The notes beneath the pieces were generated by a model. That model ran no database searches. It had not been told where the DNA came from and worked only from the letters and a program-made list of their open reading frames with translations. Both the position numbers and the translations under genes were made by a program. Shown here in pieces: positions 20,859-31,877 of a DNA stretch of 64,000 nt (within the stretch, counting starts at the first letter, position 1; every line of letters starts with the position of its first letter). The DNA is from Candidatus Bathyarchaeota archaeon (GTDB lineage: Archaea > Thermoproteota > Bathyarchaeia > 40CM-2-53-6): positions 320,001 through 384,000 of the forward strand of contig CAVTBR010000003.1 in NCBI GenBank assembly GCA_963733055.1. Reading direction: 5' to 3'.

Positions 20859-21005
20859 TTCTCAACACTTCGTTTGGGCTAGAGTCGTTGGATAGTTATT
20901 CTTTGTGTCAGAAAACTATCAATGCGAGTAAATCAGAAGGAATCAGCGTTCTACGCACGGCTTTTAACACCCCAGTGGACCAACAGAAGGTGGAAGTAAG
21001 AACAA

Positions 21006-21422
21006 TTGTCAAGCGAACCACCCGTGCAGTCAACGGAAGCGAAACCCGCTGAGACCGACGTTACGCGTTACAAAGTTCGGTTGATAGCGGAGCCTTACGG
21101 GGAGGCGGAGGGTGAGATGATCAGGTTTCAGAGTCCCATGACCGTCGATAATCTGGCGAACGCGTTGCCTTTCGAAGGTAGGGCCGCGAGGTGGAAGGAG
21201 GAAATTTACTTCGAGACTCCGGTTAAGATGGGAGCGGAGAAGGCGAAGGATAGGATTGAGGTTGGGATGATGGCCTATTGGCCTATGGGGTCGGCGCTCT
21301 GCATCTTCTACGGCCCAACCATCCCTTATAGTCCCGTCAATATAGTAGGAAAGATTACCTCAAACCTTGAATTATTCCGCACCTTGAAAAGCGGAACGAA
21401 GATACGCGTAGAGAAAGCTTAG
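21006..21422 (+). CDS. Cyclophilin-like fold protein
   Basis: LPFEGRAARWKEEIYF, AYWPMGSALCIFYG, PVNIVGKI. Confidence 0.85.
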   Translation: MSSEPPVQSTEAKPAETDVTRYKVRLIAEPYGEAEGEMIRFQSPMTVDNLANALPFEGRAARWKEEIYFETPVKMGAEKAKDRIEVGMMAYWPMGSALCIFYGPTIPYSPVNIVGKITSNLELFRTLKSGTKIRVEKA

Positions 21423-21425
21423 GAT

Positions 21426-21761
21426 CTAAGCTGCGGCGAGCTTGTAGATCTTAATCCTCGCGTTACCGCCCACTGGCTTCACTAGCCTGCGGCGCTCCAG
21501 CTCTTCGAGTATGTCTCTGGCGACGCTTAGCCTAACGTTGAATTGGGTAGCGATCGCGTAGGGCGTTAAGGCGCCGAGCTTTGAAATCTCTCCACTGAAC
21601 TTCGGATCGTCGAAATTAGGAAGCCCTATGCCTCCTGGCCCTTTCTTATCAGCAACCGTCTTCCCTTTGGTCTTCTTGGCAGGTTCAGCTTTCTTTCCCG
21701 AGTCTTGATGGACCTGCTCTTTTTCCATTTGTGCTAGGCTTTTCTTTTTGGCGCCACCCAT
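21426..21761 (-). CDS. rps25e: 30S ribosomal protein S25e
   Basis: MGGAKKKSLAQMEK; LTPYAIA...VRLSVARDILEELE. Confidence 0.92.
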   Translation of the reverse strand: MGGAKKKSLAQMEKEQVHQDSGKKAEPAKKTKGKTVADKKGPGGIGLPNFDDPKFSGEISKLGALTPYAIATQFNVRLSVARDILEELERRRLVKPVGGNARIKIYKLAAA

Positions 21762-21890
21762 TAGAAATCAACCCTAGCGCCTACATACCAGGCGAATAAA
21801 AGCCTTGGTCTTGGAGTTGACATATTCCAAGAAATGCTCGTCCCCTACTTTCTTGCGTTCTCGTAATGTTCCAGTGAAGCCTCGCTCCAG

Positions 21891-22658
21891 TCAAGGTTGA
21901 ATGGGGCGCTTGATTTCCATTGCCGCCTTCGCCGGATCTGGAGAATTGTAAATGGAACGACCAACGATTAGGTAAGTCGAACCGGCCCTCAAGGCTGCGG
22001 TCGGGTCTCCGCCTTGGGCGCCAACGCCGGGGCTGTAGATGGGAAGCTTAGGTCCGGCAAGCTGTCGTACCCGTGCAATGAACCGGGGCTGGGTGGCGCC
22101 CACGATAACGCCACTGGCCTTCCATTCCACGGCTAACTCAGTCAGTATCTCAAAGACTGGCTTCCCGTGCCCATCTGGTCGCTGAGCCGTGAGCGAGTAG
22201 AAGGCTTCGGCGCCTGGGTTGCTCATGTATGTTAACAACAGCACCCCTTTCTTTGCAGGCTTGGCTGCTTCGAACACGGTGTCCAGACCATTCTCCCATC
22301 CCGCTATGGGACTTGCGATTACGGCGTCGAAGCCCATGTCGAAGTAGGTGCGTGCCATAAACTCATTCGTATGCCCAACGTCGTTCAGCTTCGCATCCAT
22401 GATCGTGGGCAAGCCGTAGTCGCTCGCTAGGCGGAGTATGGAATCTTTCACGACACCCAAGCCCAGCGCCATGATCAGCTGCCGGTTAATCTTGACCGCA
22501 CAAACCAACCCTCGCACGCTCTCGAGCACGTTCCGACTCCTCTCGAGGAGTTTTCTTGAGTCGGCGTCCTCCAAATCCAACGCAAGAACCGTTCTCGTAC
22601 CATTCCTCTCCGCCGCCCTCAGAACCTTCTCCTCAAACGACACGCCAAACGGCCTCAA
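21891..22658 (-). CDS. pyrF: Orotidine 5'-phosphate decarboxylase
   Basis: LALD, DAKLNDVGHT, MSNPG, SPGVGAQGG, IVGRSIY. Confidence 0.95.
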   Translation of the reverse strand: MRPFGVSFEEKVLRAAERNGTRTVLALDLEDADSRKLLERSRNVLESVRGLVCAVKINRQLIMALGLGVVKDSILRLASDYGLPTIMDAKLNDVGHTNEFMARTYFDMGFDAVIASPIAGWENGLDTVFEAAKPAKKGVLLLTYMSNPGAEAFYSLTAQRPDGHGKPVFEILTELAVEWKASGVIVGATQPRFIARVRQLAGPKLPIYSPGVGAQGGDPTAALRAGSTYLIVGRSIYNSPDPAKAAMEIKRPIQP

Positions 22659-22802
22659 CGCGCTTCAGCACGGCACGGCAAAAAAGCTACCCTTCTCCAC
22701 AATCTCTGTGGTAGAAGAGTACACCGCCACCTCCTCACCGAAGCGTCCACGCAAACCGGCGTGAGATGGCCCACTGAACTGCATTCAGTTCGGCGAGGCG
22801 AA

Positions 22803-23537
22803 CTATTTGGGAAATATCGGCATATCCTTTACGCCGACAATCTTGGCGTAGAAGTATTTCGCATCGCTCGTATTATTCACATACTCCACTTTCTCGCCCG
22901 TCGGCTTAACGGCGATATACTTGACAAAGCCCTCCTTGGGTGCTTCGCTGAGCGTGGCGTAGAAGAAGACAGGTAGCGCGTCGGCTTCGTAATAGTGTTC
23001 GAACGGTATGCAAGTTCCGAGGATGTGATTCTTACCCCTGGTGAAGTGCCAGAGTGGGAATAGGGTTCCCTCTCGGAGCGAGAGTGGGAGTAGGATTCGG
23101 GCGATTGATCTTACGTCTTCAACTTCGGCGAGCATGGGCGCGGGTAAGCTTGGATGGTTTCCGTTGAGGGCTTCGATGAATGCATCGGGTGTTTTCTTCA
23201 ACTCCACGAAAGACGCATACCGATACCTAGTATCTCCCGCATCATCGGTAAACATCCACTCTTCCCCCTTGACGCCGTCACTTCGGTAGGCGAGAAATGC
23301 TCTCGGCGGGGTGTCAGATGTGGTGTAGGCTAAGATGGGGATGTCTCCTTCCCAATACATGTACGCCGTGAACAGACCGAGAATATGTTTTCCATTATGT
23401 TTGAAGTACCATAGGATCTGTGACCCTTCCGTCAACCCCAACGCCAATCGGGAAAAGGATAGTATGTCGTTAACTTGCACTGGGACTGGGGGCTTAACTG
23501 ACTCCACAGAGAACACCGATTTCTCTAGACTCAACAA
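22803..23537 (-). CDS. Conserved hypothetical protein built from two tandem homologous domains
   Basis: Halves align: LWYFKHNGKHILG / LWHFTRGKNHILG and DTRYRYASFV / DAKYFYAKIV. Confidence 0.75.
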   Translation of the reverse strand: MLSLEKSVFSVESVKPPVPVQVNDILSFSRLALGLTEGSQILWYFKHNGKHILGLFTAYMYWEGDIPILAYTTSDTPPRAFLAYRSDGVKGEEWMFTDDAGDTRYRYASFVELKKTPDAFIEALNGNHPSLPAPMLAEVEDVRSIARILLPLSLREGTLFPLWHFTRGKNHILGTCIPFEHYYEADALPVFFYATLSEAPKEGFVKYIAVKPTGEKVEYVNNTSDAKYFYAKIVGVKDMPIFPK

Positions 23538-23593
23538 CTGGGAATACTTAAGGTTGCGACATCAATCCTCTCTGCTCCTCAATCTCAGCAACA

Positions 23594-23617
23594 GACTGAG
23601 TTTCAAGCAACTCAGTC
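23594..23617. terminator. 9-bp perfect inverted repeat downstream of cofE (terminator or operator)
   Basis: GACTGAGTT-tcaagc-AACTCAGTC. Confidence 0.35.
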
Positions 23618-23683
23618 ACGACCCGCGATTCACCTATCCACGAATCAACTGGTCTAGAGAGAGATGCACCCCGTTCCTCAATT

Positions 23684-24430
23684 CTATCTGAACAAGTCCT
23701 CTTGCTCCGGCCGAATCAAATCTCGCACCGAACCATTACCCGCTGGGTAAACGCAACCCCTAACGATAGCCACCGGCACACCGTCACTCTTCTTCATCAC
23801 CAACTCCGCCGCCGAAGCCAACTCATCCGCCACAGCCATCTGAGTAACATTCAGAATGTACCCGAACATGTCCTTCTGGCCACGGTAATCGACAACAGGT
23901 CGTAAACCATCGATCCCAATCGCAACATTCACCTGCCCAATTCTCCAGGCACGTCCGAAGGTATCCGAAATTATGACAGCGACATCCGCGCCCGTGAGGT
24001 GCCGAATCCTCCGCCGTATCTGGCTGGCGGATTTATCCCCATCTAAGGGAAGAACTGTCAATGCGTCAGAATCTTCAACATTGGACCGATCAACGCCGGC
24101 GTTAGCGCAAACGAACCCATGCCGAGTCTCAACGATTAAATGCGCGCCCTGGGATCGAAGGACCTTCGCGCTCTCTCGCAGTATCACTTCGACGTGCCTT
24201 GGGTCCTTGCCGCTAACTTTCGCGATCTCCTCGGCCTTCTGCGAGGGAGTTACGGATTTTAGGTCCACGACTCCTCCCTCGGCTTTGGAGATTATCTTCT
24301 GCGCGACGACTATGACATCACCGCTGGCAATCTCTACCTTTTCTTCTCTCGCGGCCTTGACAATCTGTTCGGCAACGTCATCTCCTTCTTTAATCAGCGG
24401 CAGTTTCTGTAGGCCGATTATCTGAATCAT
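23684..24430 (-). CDS. cofE: Coenzyme F420-0:L-glutamate ligase
   Basis: QKIISKAEG, CANAGVDRSN, ISDTFGRAWRIGQ, AVADELASAA. Confidence 0.95.
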   Translation of the reverse strand: MIQIIGLQKLPLIKEGDDVAEQIVKAAREEKVEIASGDVIVVAQKIISKAEGGVVDLKSVTPSQKAEEIAKVSGKDPRHVEVILRESAKVLRSQGAHLIVETRHGFVCANAGVDRSNVEDSDALTVLPLDGDKSASQIRRRIRHLTGADVAVIISDTFGRAWRIGQVNVAIGIDGLRPVVDYRGQKDMFGYILNVTQMAVADELASAAELVMKKSDGVPVAIVRGCVYPAGNGSVRDLIRPEQEDLFR

Positions 24431-24436
24431 CGTTCA

Positions 24437-26989
24437 CTACCCCGAGAAGAACGATTCGAGTTTCTTTACTCCCGCCAGGTCTTCCCATTCAACGCCCAAC
24501 GAGTCTAGGACCTGTTCGAATGTGCCGCGGATGTATTCGATGTATTTTTCGCTGTCAACTTCTTCTAACCTGGCCAACTGAACTGGTTTAACACCGGGCT
24601 CACCAGAACCTTCACAAATGAGACTATGTCCCCTGGTTTCATTTCCGTTCCCGCCTGCTGCAATTGCCGCGCCGCCTTGACATGTTGAGGCGTAGTCTTC
24701 GTGTAGTTCTCGGGTGTTCGGCTCATCATCATTGAGAACGCCAGGTCGCCTAGGGCGTATTGTTTGTTTCGCAGTTTCACGTAGCACTCCCGGACAATTT
24801 CGGTAATCCTCGCTTTAGCCGCCTCAATGTCTTCAGGAGTTTTGACTTGGCTCAGTGTGGATACCATTTCGTAGAAGGTGGCATGCAAGAATTGCGGGAT
24901 GTGCCTCTTCTTCCCGGTCAAGCCTTTGATGTCTACGTTTCCGTCGGGTAGGACTCCGAAGTAGTTCTTCTTTCTCGAACTCAAAGCCAAGTAACGATAA
25001 TTCTTGTCGATCTCAAGCTCCATCTTCAGCTGGCTCGTCGACCACTCAATCAACTTATTCAACGCGTCCGTATCGCGCGCTCCAAGAAAGATCGAATCAG
25101 TATCCCCGTAGAACACTTCGAGGTTCAAGTCCCGGGCCTTCTGCAGCGCTTGTGTGATCACGTGCCTTCCTATAGCCGCGGTCGCCTCAGCAACGGGCGG
25201 ACAGTAGAGTGCGAAGTTATCTGCTCCGAAGACGCCGTAGCTAGCGTTTAGTACAACTTTGGTTGCGTCTGAAACAACCTTGTACCAGCTCTTGAGGGTG
25301 GGCGGTAGGGTGCGGTCTTTGGATCGTACTTTGTAGCGGCTTACCCTCAGGTCCCTCAACGAGCCTATCAGCAAGCTTTCCAGCCCTCGCTTCCTTGTGC
25401 ACACCCAGTGTGGCGTTCCCGGGACCAGGTTCTTCCTACACGCCTCATCTTGGTGTGGGCAGCGGACGGTCTCGTAGCCTAAGTTCCATACTTTGATTAT
25501 GGAAGGGTATAGGGACGCGAAGTCTAACACAGCTACATTGAAGTGTACTCCGGGCTTCGGCTCAACCACGATCGCGCCCTTGTACTTCTTTCCTTTAATC
25601 ACGGCCTCAGTAGCCGTCTGACCCTTAACCTCAAGAATCTCATCCCTCCGCGGGATCAGGTAGTGCCGTTTTCGGTGGTGGCAGAACATGATACTTCTTA
25701 TCCACCCCGATACTCCCTGCCTTGAAACGTCGTCCAAAGTCATGTAGCTAATCCGCGAAAGCGCGGTCATCAGCTTCATCACGAGATCGTCATCAAAGGA
25801 GGTTAATTGAAGAACGATCTCAGAGTCTCGGTAACAGTAGACCGCCAAATCGCTATACGGAGCTTTCGTGAAGAAACCTTTTCGTTCGATCTCAACCTTG
25901 GCCGTGTTGATTAGGGCCTCGCCGACCGCATCGAGCGTATTCTCCCTGTACTTCTGCCCGAACGCGTAGATTTGGATGGAGCGGTTGAAGAAGAATTTGT
26001 AGAGGTCTAAGTGAACTCCGTATCTGAGAAACGCGACGTCACGGCCGAGCTCGATGGGTATTTCCTCGTTCTTGAACCCCAACCTCTGTGCACGGTGGTA
26101 TAGGTACTTGAGGTCGAAATCGTCGCCGTTGAAGGTTACGACTATCGGATAGTCGATTAATGTCAGAAACAGAGAGGTTAGAAGCTCTTCCTCAGTATCA
26201 TACAACTCCATGCTTGCGTTCGGGGGGAGCTGCGCATTGCCATCAGCAATCCCTTCTCGGCGTAGCAGTAGGATTCTGCTGTTGCCATCAGAACCGGCCA
26301 GGCTTGCACAAATGACCTTCTGTTCGGCAAGCTCGGGGTCTGGCACGCGGGTTTCAACCGCCTGCATGACCTCTATGTCGATCGCGGCCCTGCGATACTC
26401 CGGCACGGGACATTCGAGTAACCTCATCCATTCCCGTGCCAACTCCCTGTATTCCGGCGAATCGTCGCGAAACAGTTCATCGACGTCCTTTGACGCTTGT
26501 TCGGGTAAGCGATATTCGACTCGCGATAGTCGTTTGTCTTTGACCTCATACATCATTCCAGGTTCAATGCCCTGATCGTAGATGTAGTTCTCTACGTACT
26601 TGATATCCGCCTCCCAAGCGGTAATTGCGTCACGAATCGAACCGGTCGGCTTTCCACCAATCGTTAACGGATCTTTGGCGACAATCTTCGTCACTTTCGT
26701 GTCTATACCCCGCAACACATCAGAATCTTTCCCCAGATTCGAAATGATCAAAGCCGAAATTCTGTGCGACATCGTGAATTTTCTGAAGTTCAGGGATAGT
26801 CTGCTTGCTGAAGCAGTACGGCTTGTGGCCTGAATCGTCGAACCAGAAGTAGATCTTATGCGACTTCGGTTCGTAAAGGCGAAGGAAACACTTCCTGATG
26901 TCTCCATCATAACCTATAGAGACCAAGTATGATGGCGGAACCGTTGACGGAGTTGAGGGATGGAATAACAGTTCTTGCCGCTTGGGCAC
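24437..26989 (-). CDS. polB1: Family B DNA polymerase PolB1 (two apparent frameshifts at ~26722 and ~24607)
   Basis: Exonuclease DIEV and TFNGDDFD; polymerase DFASLYPSII, KVVLNASYGVFG, YGDTDS. N-terminus is in ORF 26720-26989 and C-terminus (GVKPVQLA...KYIEY...TFEQVLD) in ORF 24437-24787. Confidence 0.93.
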
Positions 26990-27145
26990 CGGTTTCGCGG
27001 GCTGCTTTAGGGCCGGGACCGGTTGCGTGAAAAAGCTTTCAAGCGTCCTCGCCGTTCGCCAAGCCTCCGAACAAGTCGCGTAGCACGCCAGCTTCCTACT
27101 AAATAAATGCGCAGTGCAAGTTCACACCAAGGTTTTGAATTATCC

Positions 27146-28466
27146 TTGACGAAAGATTCCCTCGCCCTAGCCATCGAGGCGCTAAGCTGGATGGCGTACA
27201 CGGGGATCGGAGAGCGAGGCGCTCTCCTCAAAGCATCCAAGCAGCTCGGGCTCAACAACCCGAGTGACCTTCGTCAAGCCCACCAGTCCATAATGGAAAC
27301 AACACGATTCCAGAATCGAGTCGACTGGCTAATCTCAAAGAGTGTCCCGGAGGAAAGAACCAAGCAGGCGTCCCACGGAGTACGAAGCCTGCTGAGAATA
27401 ATTGCCTATACCAGGTTCGTGGACCGGAAATCTCCTCATCAGTTGGAGGTTCTTGTGGGTTGGGCTAGACAGATATTTGGTTGGAGAGATCTCCAACCGT
27501 ATGAAGAGGATATAGGACGTTTAGTGTCCAGCAAACCGCACTATGCCTTTCGAGATTTGCCTGACATCGAGCGAATAGCCGTTGAAACCTGCCACCCGGC
27601 TTGGTATGCGGAACGACTGCTGCGGCTCTTCGGAAGATCCCTGGCATTGAAAATCCTGGCACGCAACCTACTCCCAGTTGCATCATATGCGCAGCCTGAA
27701 TCCACTAAGGAGCGCGGACACAGGCCTGGTAGAAAAGGAACTGAACGCTGTTAAGGTAAACGGAGTCGCGAATGCGTTTCTCTTGGATAAATCAAGTCAA
27801 CTCAACAGAGCGAAACTCTCGGCATCTGGTGAAATCGTGATTCAGGATTTAGCAAGTATCGTCGCCGGCCTAGTCGCTTCACCCAGAGCGGGAGAATCCG
27901 TGCTCGACGTTTGCGCCTCCCCCGGTAACAAGACAACTCACCTAGCTGCGCAAATGGACAACCTGGGTGAAATTTTGTCAATTGAATCTTCGCCCAACAG
28001 GATTATCCATTGGAGGCAGGAGGTTGCTCGTAACGGTTGTTCAATTGCCGTGCCGATTATGGCAGATGCCGCGAAACTCCCAATCAAGAATCAAGTTGAC
28101 GTAGCGCTGATCGACCCCCCGTGCTCAAACACCGGGGTGTTCGCTAGGGATCCCGTTAGCAAGTGGCGCGTCACATCGGCGCACATCGCGGAACTCGCTC
28201 TAGAGCAAAGTTCGATACTCCAAGCCGCATCTGAGCACGTACGTCCCGGGGGAACCTTAGTCTATTGTACCTGCAGCATCCTGCCCGAGGAAAACGAGTA
28301 CATCGTTGAGGCGTTTCTCAAGAAGAATCCCGACTTCAAATTGGCCCAACAAACGCCCTTTATTGGGTCGCCGGGACTTCGAGGGTTAACTAAGTGCCAG
28401 AGATTCTATTCGCACTTGCACGATTGCAACGGATACTTCATAGCAAGATTGGAAAGGGCGAATTAA
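27146..28466 (+). CDS. RsmB/NOP2/Sun (Fmu) RNA m5C methyltransferase (apparent frameshift at ~27693)
   Basis: HPAW in N-terminal part; IQDLAS, DVCASPGNKT, IDPPCSNTG, YCTCSILPEENE in C-terminal part. Confidence 0.9.
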
Positions 28467-29353
28467 CCGCTTCTCGCTTTTTCGGCTTGGGCAATGACTT
28501 CGAATATTATGCGAGCGGCCGCTACGGCGGTTGCTCCTGAGTCATAGTTTGGGCATACCTCAACCAGGTCGAACCCAAGCATACGTTCGTCGGCTACGAC
28601 CCTCGCCAGGGACAGCAATTCTTCGGGCGCTAGGCCATTGAACTCTGGGTTTGAGACGCCCGGCGCAAAGGCCGGGTCTAGAGCATCGGAATCGATCGTG
28701 AGGTACGTGTGGCTGAACTTCTTCGTGAAGGCGGCTACACGTTCCGCAGCCTTTGCTAAGCCAGCGTCGCGGATTTCCCAGGGAGTCATCGTCTGAATCT
28801 TGTGCTGCTTGATGAAATCAACTTCTTCCTTGCAAAGGGCACGCACCCCAAGAACGAGTACGCCCTCGGTTCCGACTTTTTCCGTAATCCTCCGGAGCAC
28901 AGTCGCGTGAGATATCTTACCCCCTCCGTATTCGTCCCTGAGGTCGCCGTGGGCATCGAAACTCACCACGCCAACACGTTCCGGAAAGTTTCGAACCGGC
29001 GCTTGAGTGATTGTGTGTTCTCCACCGATCACTACAGGAATCTTCTTTGCCATTAGAATGTCCTTGGTCACAAGTTCGAGTCGCGAAAGTGTTTCGTCTG
29101 CATTATCTACTATGTGCAAATCACCCGCGTCATGGATAGGTACTCGTTCGAGGTCTACTCCGGTTCGAAGGCTGTAGGTCTCAATGTTCAACGAGGCGTC
29201 GCGAATAGCATGTGGCCCAAAACGGGAGCCTGCTCGGTATGTGCTCGTATGGTCATAGGGCACACCGATAACCACATAACGAGATTGGTCAAACGGTGTG
29301 GAGAACCCTGAGAAGTTATCAGTCTTTGAAGCGTGAAAACTAAGATTCTGCAT
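28463..29353 (-). CDS. speB: Agmatinase
   Basis: GSRFGP, GGEHTIT, FDAHGDLRD, SHAT, DSDALDPAFAPG. Confidence 0.92.
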   Translation of the reverse strand: MQNLSFHASKTDNFSGFSTPFDQSRYVVIGVPYDHTSTYRAGSRFGPHAIRDASLNIETYSLRTGVDLERVPIHDAGDLHIVDNADETLSRLELVTKDILMAKKIPVVIGGEHTITQAPVRNFPERVGVVSFDAHGDLRDEYGGGKISHATVLRRITEKVGTEGVLVLGVRALCKEEVDFIKQHKIQTMTPWEIRDAGLAKAAERVAAFTKKFSHTYLTIDSDALDPAFAPGVSNPEFNGLAPEELLSLARVVADERMLGFDLVEVCPNYDSGATAVAAARIIFEVIAQAEKARSG

Positions 29354-29439
29354 CGACGCGCGCCTCTTCCTTGGAATGGTAAACCTTTATGGCACCTCTT
29401 CTGGCGTAATAAGGCCTCGCAACAAGGAGCGGCGAAAGA

Positions 29440-29895
29440 TTGACAGAAACATTCACTGAACGAACTGCCGGAATTTGGCTACCAACAGTATTCTATGGAG
29501 TCGGCGGAGCTTACATGCTTGCGTTTTGGGCGATGTTCAGCCCTTCAGCCTACCACCTCCTAGCCCTAGGCGCAGTTTCCGTAGTAATCGCTGCGGCGCT
29601 TTACTCATTGTCCAGGTGGGCGTACTGGCTTGGGCTTTTCACATTCCCCTTGCTCGCTACTGAGTTCGTTTACGCCCTAACATTTTCCGTCAATATCGTA
29701 GGATGGTATCCTAATCCAACCGTCGCCGTATTCAACACGTCTATGGTGGTTTACTTGTTCTTTCTGTGCTTCTCATTTTTACTACTCATCGACCGGAGAA
29801 ATACCTTGAAGAGCGACAGATTTCTGGACAGGTTACGCGGATCGGTTTCTGGCGCCCCCAGTAGCCCAGAAACGCCTCAGACTTCGGGCGCTTAG
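29440..29895 (+). CDS. Four-TM hypothetical membrane protein
   Basis: Four hydrophobic segments. Confidence 0.7.
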   Translation: MTETFTERTAGIWLPTVFYGVGGAYMLAFWAMFSPSAYHLLALGAVSVVIAAALYSLSRWAYWLGLFTFPLLATEFVYALTFSVNIVGWYPNPTVAVFNTSMVVYLFFLCFSFLLLIDRRNTLKSDRFLDRLRGSVSGAPSSPETPQTSGA

Positions 29896-31202
29896 CCTTC
29901 TTTCGTAACCGAGATCGCACCGAGCTTCGGTGTTCTATAGAAGTACGAAGTCTTCGAGAATAGCCCTTCAATAACGGCCTTGGTGTTGCTCAGCAGCAAC
30001 CCATAAACAATCGCCCCCAAGTAGCCCAGATGAAACACCCTCTTCATCTTTGAAAGGCCGAACTGGGAGAACTCTGACAGCGCCACAGCCGAAGCTACGA
30101 GTGGCGCACTATAGATGACTAATGAGAGAAGAAAGGTGAATAGTGCAACTTGATAGCGCCAAAAGCCCAGCAACCAGAACGACGGTGGAAAAATAGCGTA
30201 ATAGAGCAGGGCCACAATGAGCCCCATGATGGTCAAGGGGCATATGAAATATGTGCCTAGATGCAGCAGGGCTTCGACTTTCTGGAAGAAACTCAATTTG
30301 TCGCTCCGCACGATGGCCCCACCGTACTTCCTGAGGCACTCCGAGAACCCTTTTGCCCATCTAAATTGCTGATGCCGCAGGTTATCGAAGCTCGGCGGAA
30401 TCTCACCTGGACAGACTACGGTTGGGACGTATATGTAGCGCCAACCTTTCAAATGCAATCTAATTGAGAGGTCTAAATCTTCAGCTAACGTCTCTGGGCT
30501 CCACCCCCCAGCGTCCACAATCGCCTGCCTTCGGAAAACACCGCATGTCCCGCTGAAGTGTGCTAGGAGATTCCCGACGTACCTGGCCCTCTGATCGACA
30601 AAGGCGTAAACATCGATAGCAAGCGATAGTGCCTTAGCGATCCACGAGAATTGGCCGTCCAAGTAACTCCAACGAGATTGTACAAAGGCCACCTTATCGT
30701 TCACGTAGACGTAAGGAACCATCTTTTTCAGAAAATCATGAGGGGGAACATAGTCTGCATCAAACAGCGCGATCAGTTCCCCCTTGCTTCGTTCGAGTGC
30801 GACCTGCAACGCGCCAGCCTTGAACCCAGTTCGGTCGTCTCTATGAATGACTTTTACCAAGCCGGGATATTTGCTCTGAAAACTCTCTACCACCTTAGTA
30901 GTGCCGTCAGTAGAATCATCAACAACGACTATCTCGAGCCTATCACGTGGATAATCTAACCCAACGCATGCCTTGACTAGGCGGCCCGCGACTCGTTCTT
31001 CGTTGAATAGCGGAAGGTGAATCGAGACAAGTGGCCAAGACTCTAATGGCGGCGGGGTCGCGATCTTTCTCCTGCCTCGAATCGAAAGGAGGCTCAAGAC
31101 CCAAACGTTGATCGCATAGATAGAGATCAATCCAGTAATTGTGGCGACTAGAACAAGGACCAATTGCTGAATGCTGGAGAGGTTGCCGGGGAACGAATAC
31201 AT
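29892..31202 (-). CDS. Processive-type GT2 glycosyltransferase (cellulose-synthase-like)
   Basis: DDSTD, KAGAL, FDAD, AEDLD, QQFRW motifs plus N- and C-terminal TM helices. Confidence 0.9.
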   Translation of the reverse strand: MYSFPGNLSSIQQLVLVLVATITGLISIYAINVWVLSLLSIRGRRKIATPPPLESWPLVSIHLPLFNEERVAGRLVKACVGLDYPRDRLEIVVVDDSTDGTTKVVESFQSKYPGLVKVIHRDDRTGFKAGALQVALERSKGELIALFDADYVPPHDFLKKMVPYVYVNDKVAFVQSRWSYLDGQFSWIAKALSLAIDVYAFVDQRARYVGNLLAHFSGTCGVFRRQAIVDAGGWSPETLAEDLDLSIRLHLKGWRYIYVPTVVCPGEIPPSFDNLRHQQFRWAKGFSECLRKYGGAIVRSDKLSFFQKVEALLHLGTYFICPLTIMGLIVALLYYAIFPPSFWLLGFWRYQVALFTFLLSLVIYSAPLVASAVALSEFSQFGLSKMKRVFHLGYLGAIVYGLLLSNTKAVIEGLFSKTSYFYRTPKLGAISVTKEG

Positions 31203-31307
31203 TGCATGGTCCTTCTAGCAGTGGAAAACGACGTAACTTGGCATGGGGTATAAGGCTTTTCAAGCAAGGGCGCAGAGCGGGCGTGAAGCAAAGTCACCTC
31301 GGAATGG

Positions 31308-31835
31308 GTGGGTCGGGACACGAAACAGATTGACAAGGCAATGGCGTTCGCGGGGTTCTTGCTCCTAACACTTGCAGTAGTAATTATCGTGTATTACGCA
31401 ATCACGATTCCAGCCGAGGGATCGTTCGGTGAACGGTACGTTACCACCGTAATTTCTCCGCCCTACCCGTTGAATCAAATTACAACTTTCAAGCCAGTGA
31501 CCTTGATGACCTACTTCTTCTTCTGTGGAACCGTTTTCGTGTTGGAAGTAAACAAGGACCGCCTCAGTCGTGTCGGTACGCGTGGCGTAAGGGCCATACT
31601 GTTAACGGCCTCTTTCGCTGCGGGATACGAATTTCTCTGGAACATGTTCGCTTGGTTCACCACTTGGTTTAGGAACGGCGGATCCCTGGATCTAACAGCA
31701 AACACGTTCCACGCCCATATTTTTCCCCCCGTGAATTTCAATTTCGCAACAAAAGTATCCTTCCTGATCTTCGCCTTGTGCCTCTACTGTTGGCATTTCC
31801 TCCAAAAGATACCCAAGAAAGACGCTCAACAGTGA
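31308..31835 (+). CDS. Hypothetical multi-TM membrane protein
   Basis: Four hydrophobic segments; divergent from the GT2 gene. Confidence 0.7.
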   Translation: MGRDTKQIDKAMAFAGFLLLTLAVVIIVYYAITIPAEGSFGERYVTTVISPPYPLNQITTFKPVTLMTYFFFCGTVFVLEVNKDRLSRVGTRGVRAILLTASFAAGYEFLWNMFAWFTTWFRNGGSLDLTANTFHAHIFPPVNFNFATKVSFLIFALCLYCWHFLQKIPKKDAQQ

Positions 31836-31877
31836 TTTTCAAGGTCCCCTTTTCGGCCGAAGTACAGTCACAACCAT

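Noticed and set aside
22665-22785. 39-codon minus-strand ORF between the duplicated-domain gene and pyrF
   Set aside because: No recognisable motif; cannot be distinguished from a chance ORF.
26715-26730. TGA in polB1 as selenocysteine readthrough, or a split polymerase
   Set aside because: The downstream homology is in a different frame; a one-base indel explains it.
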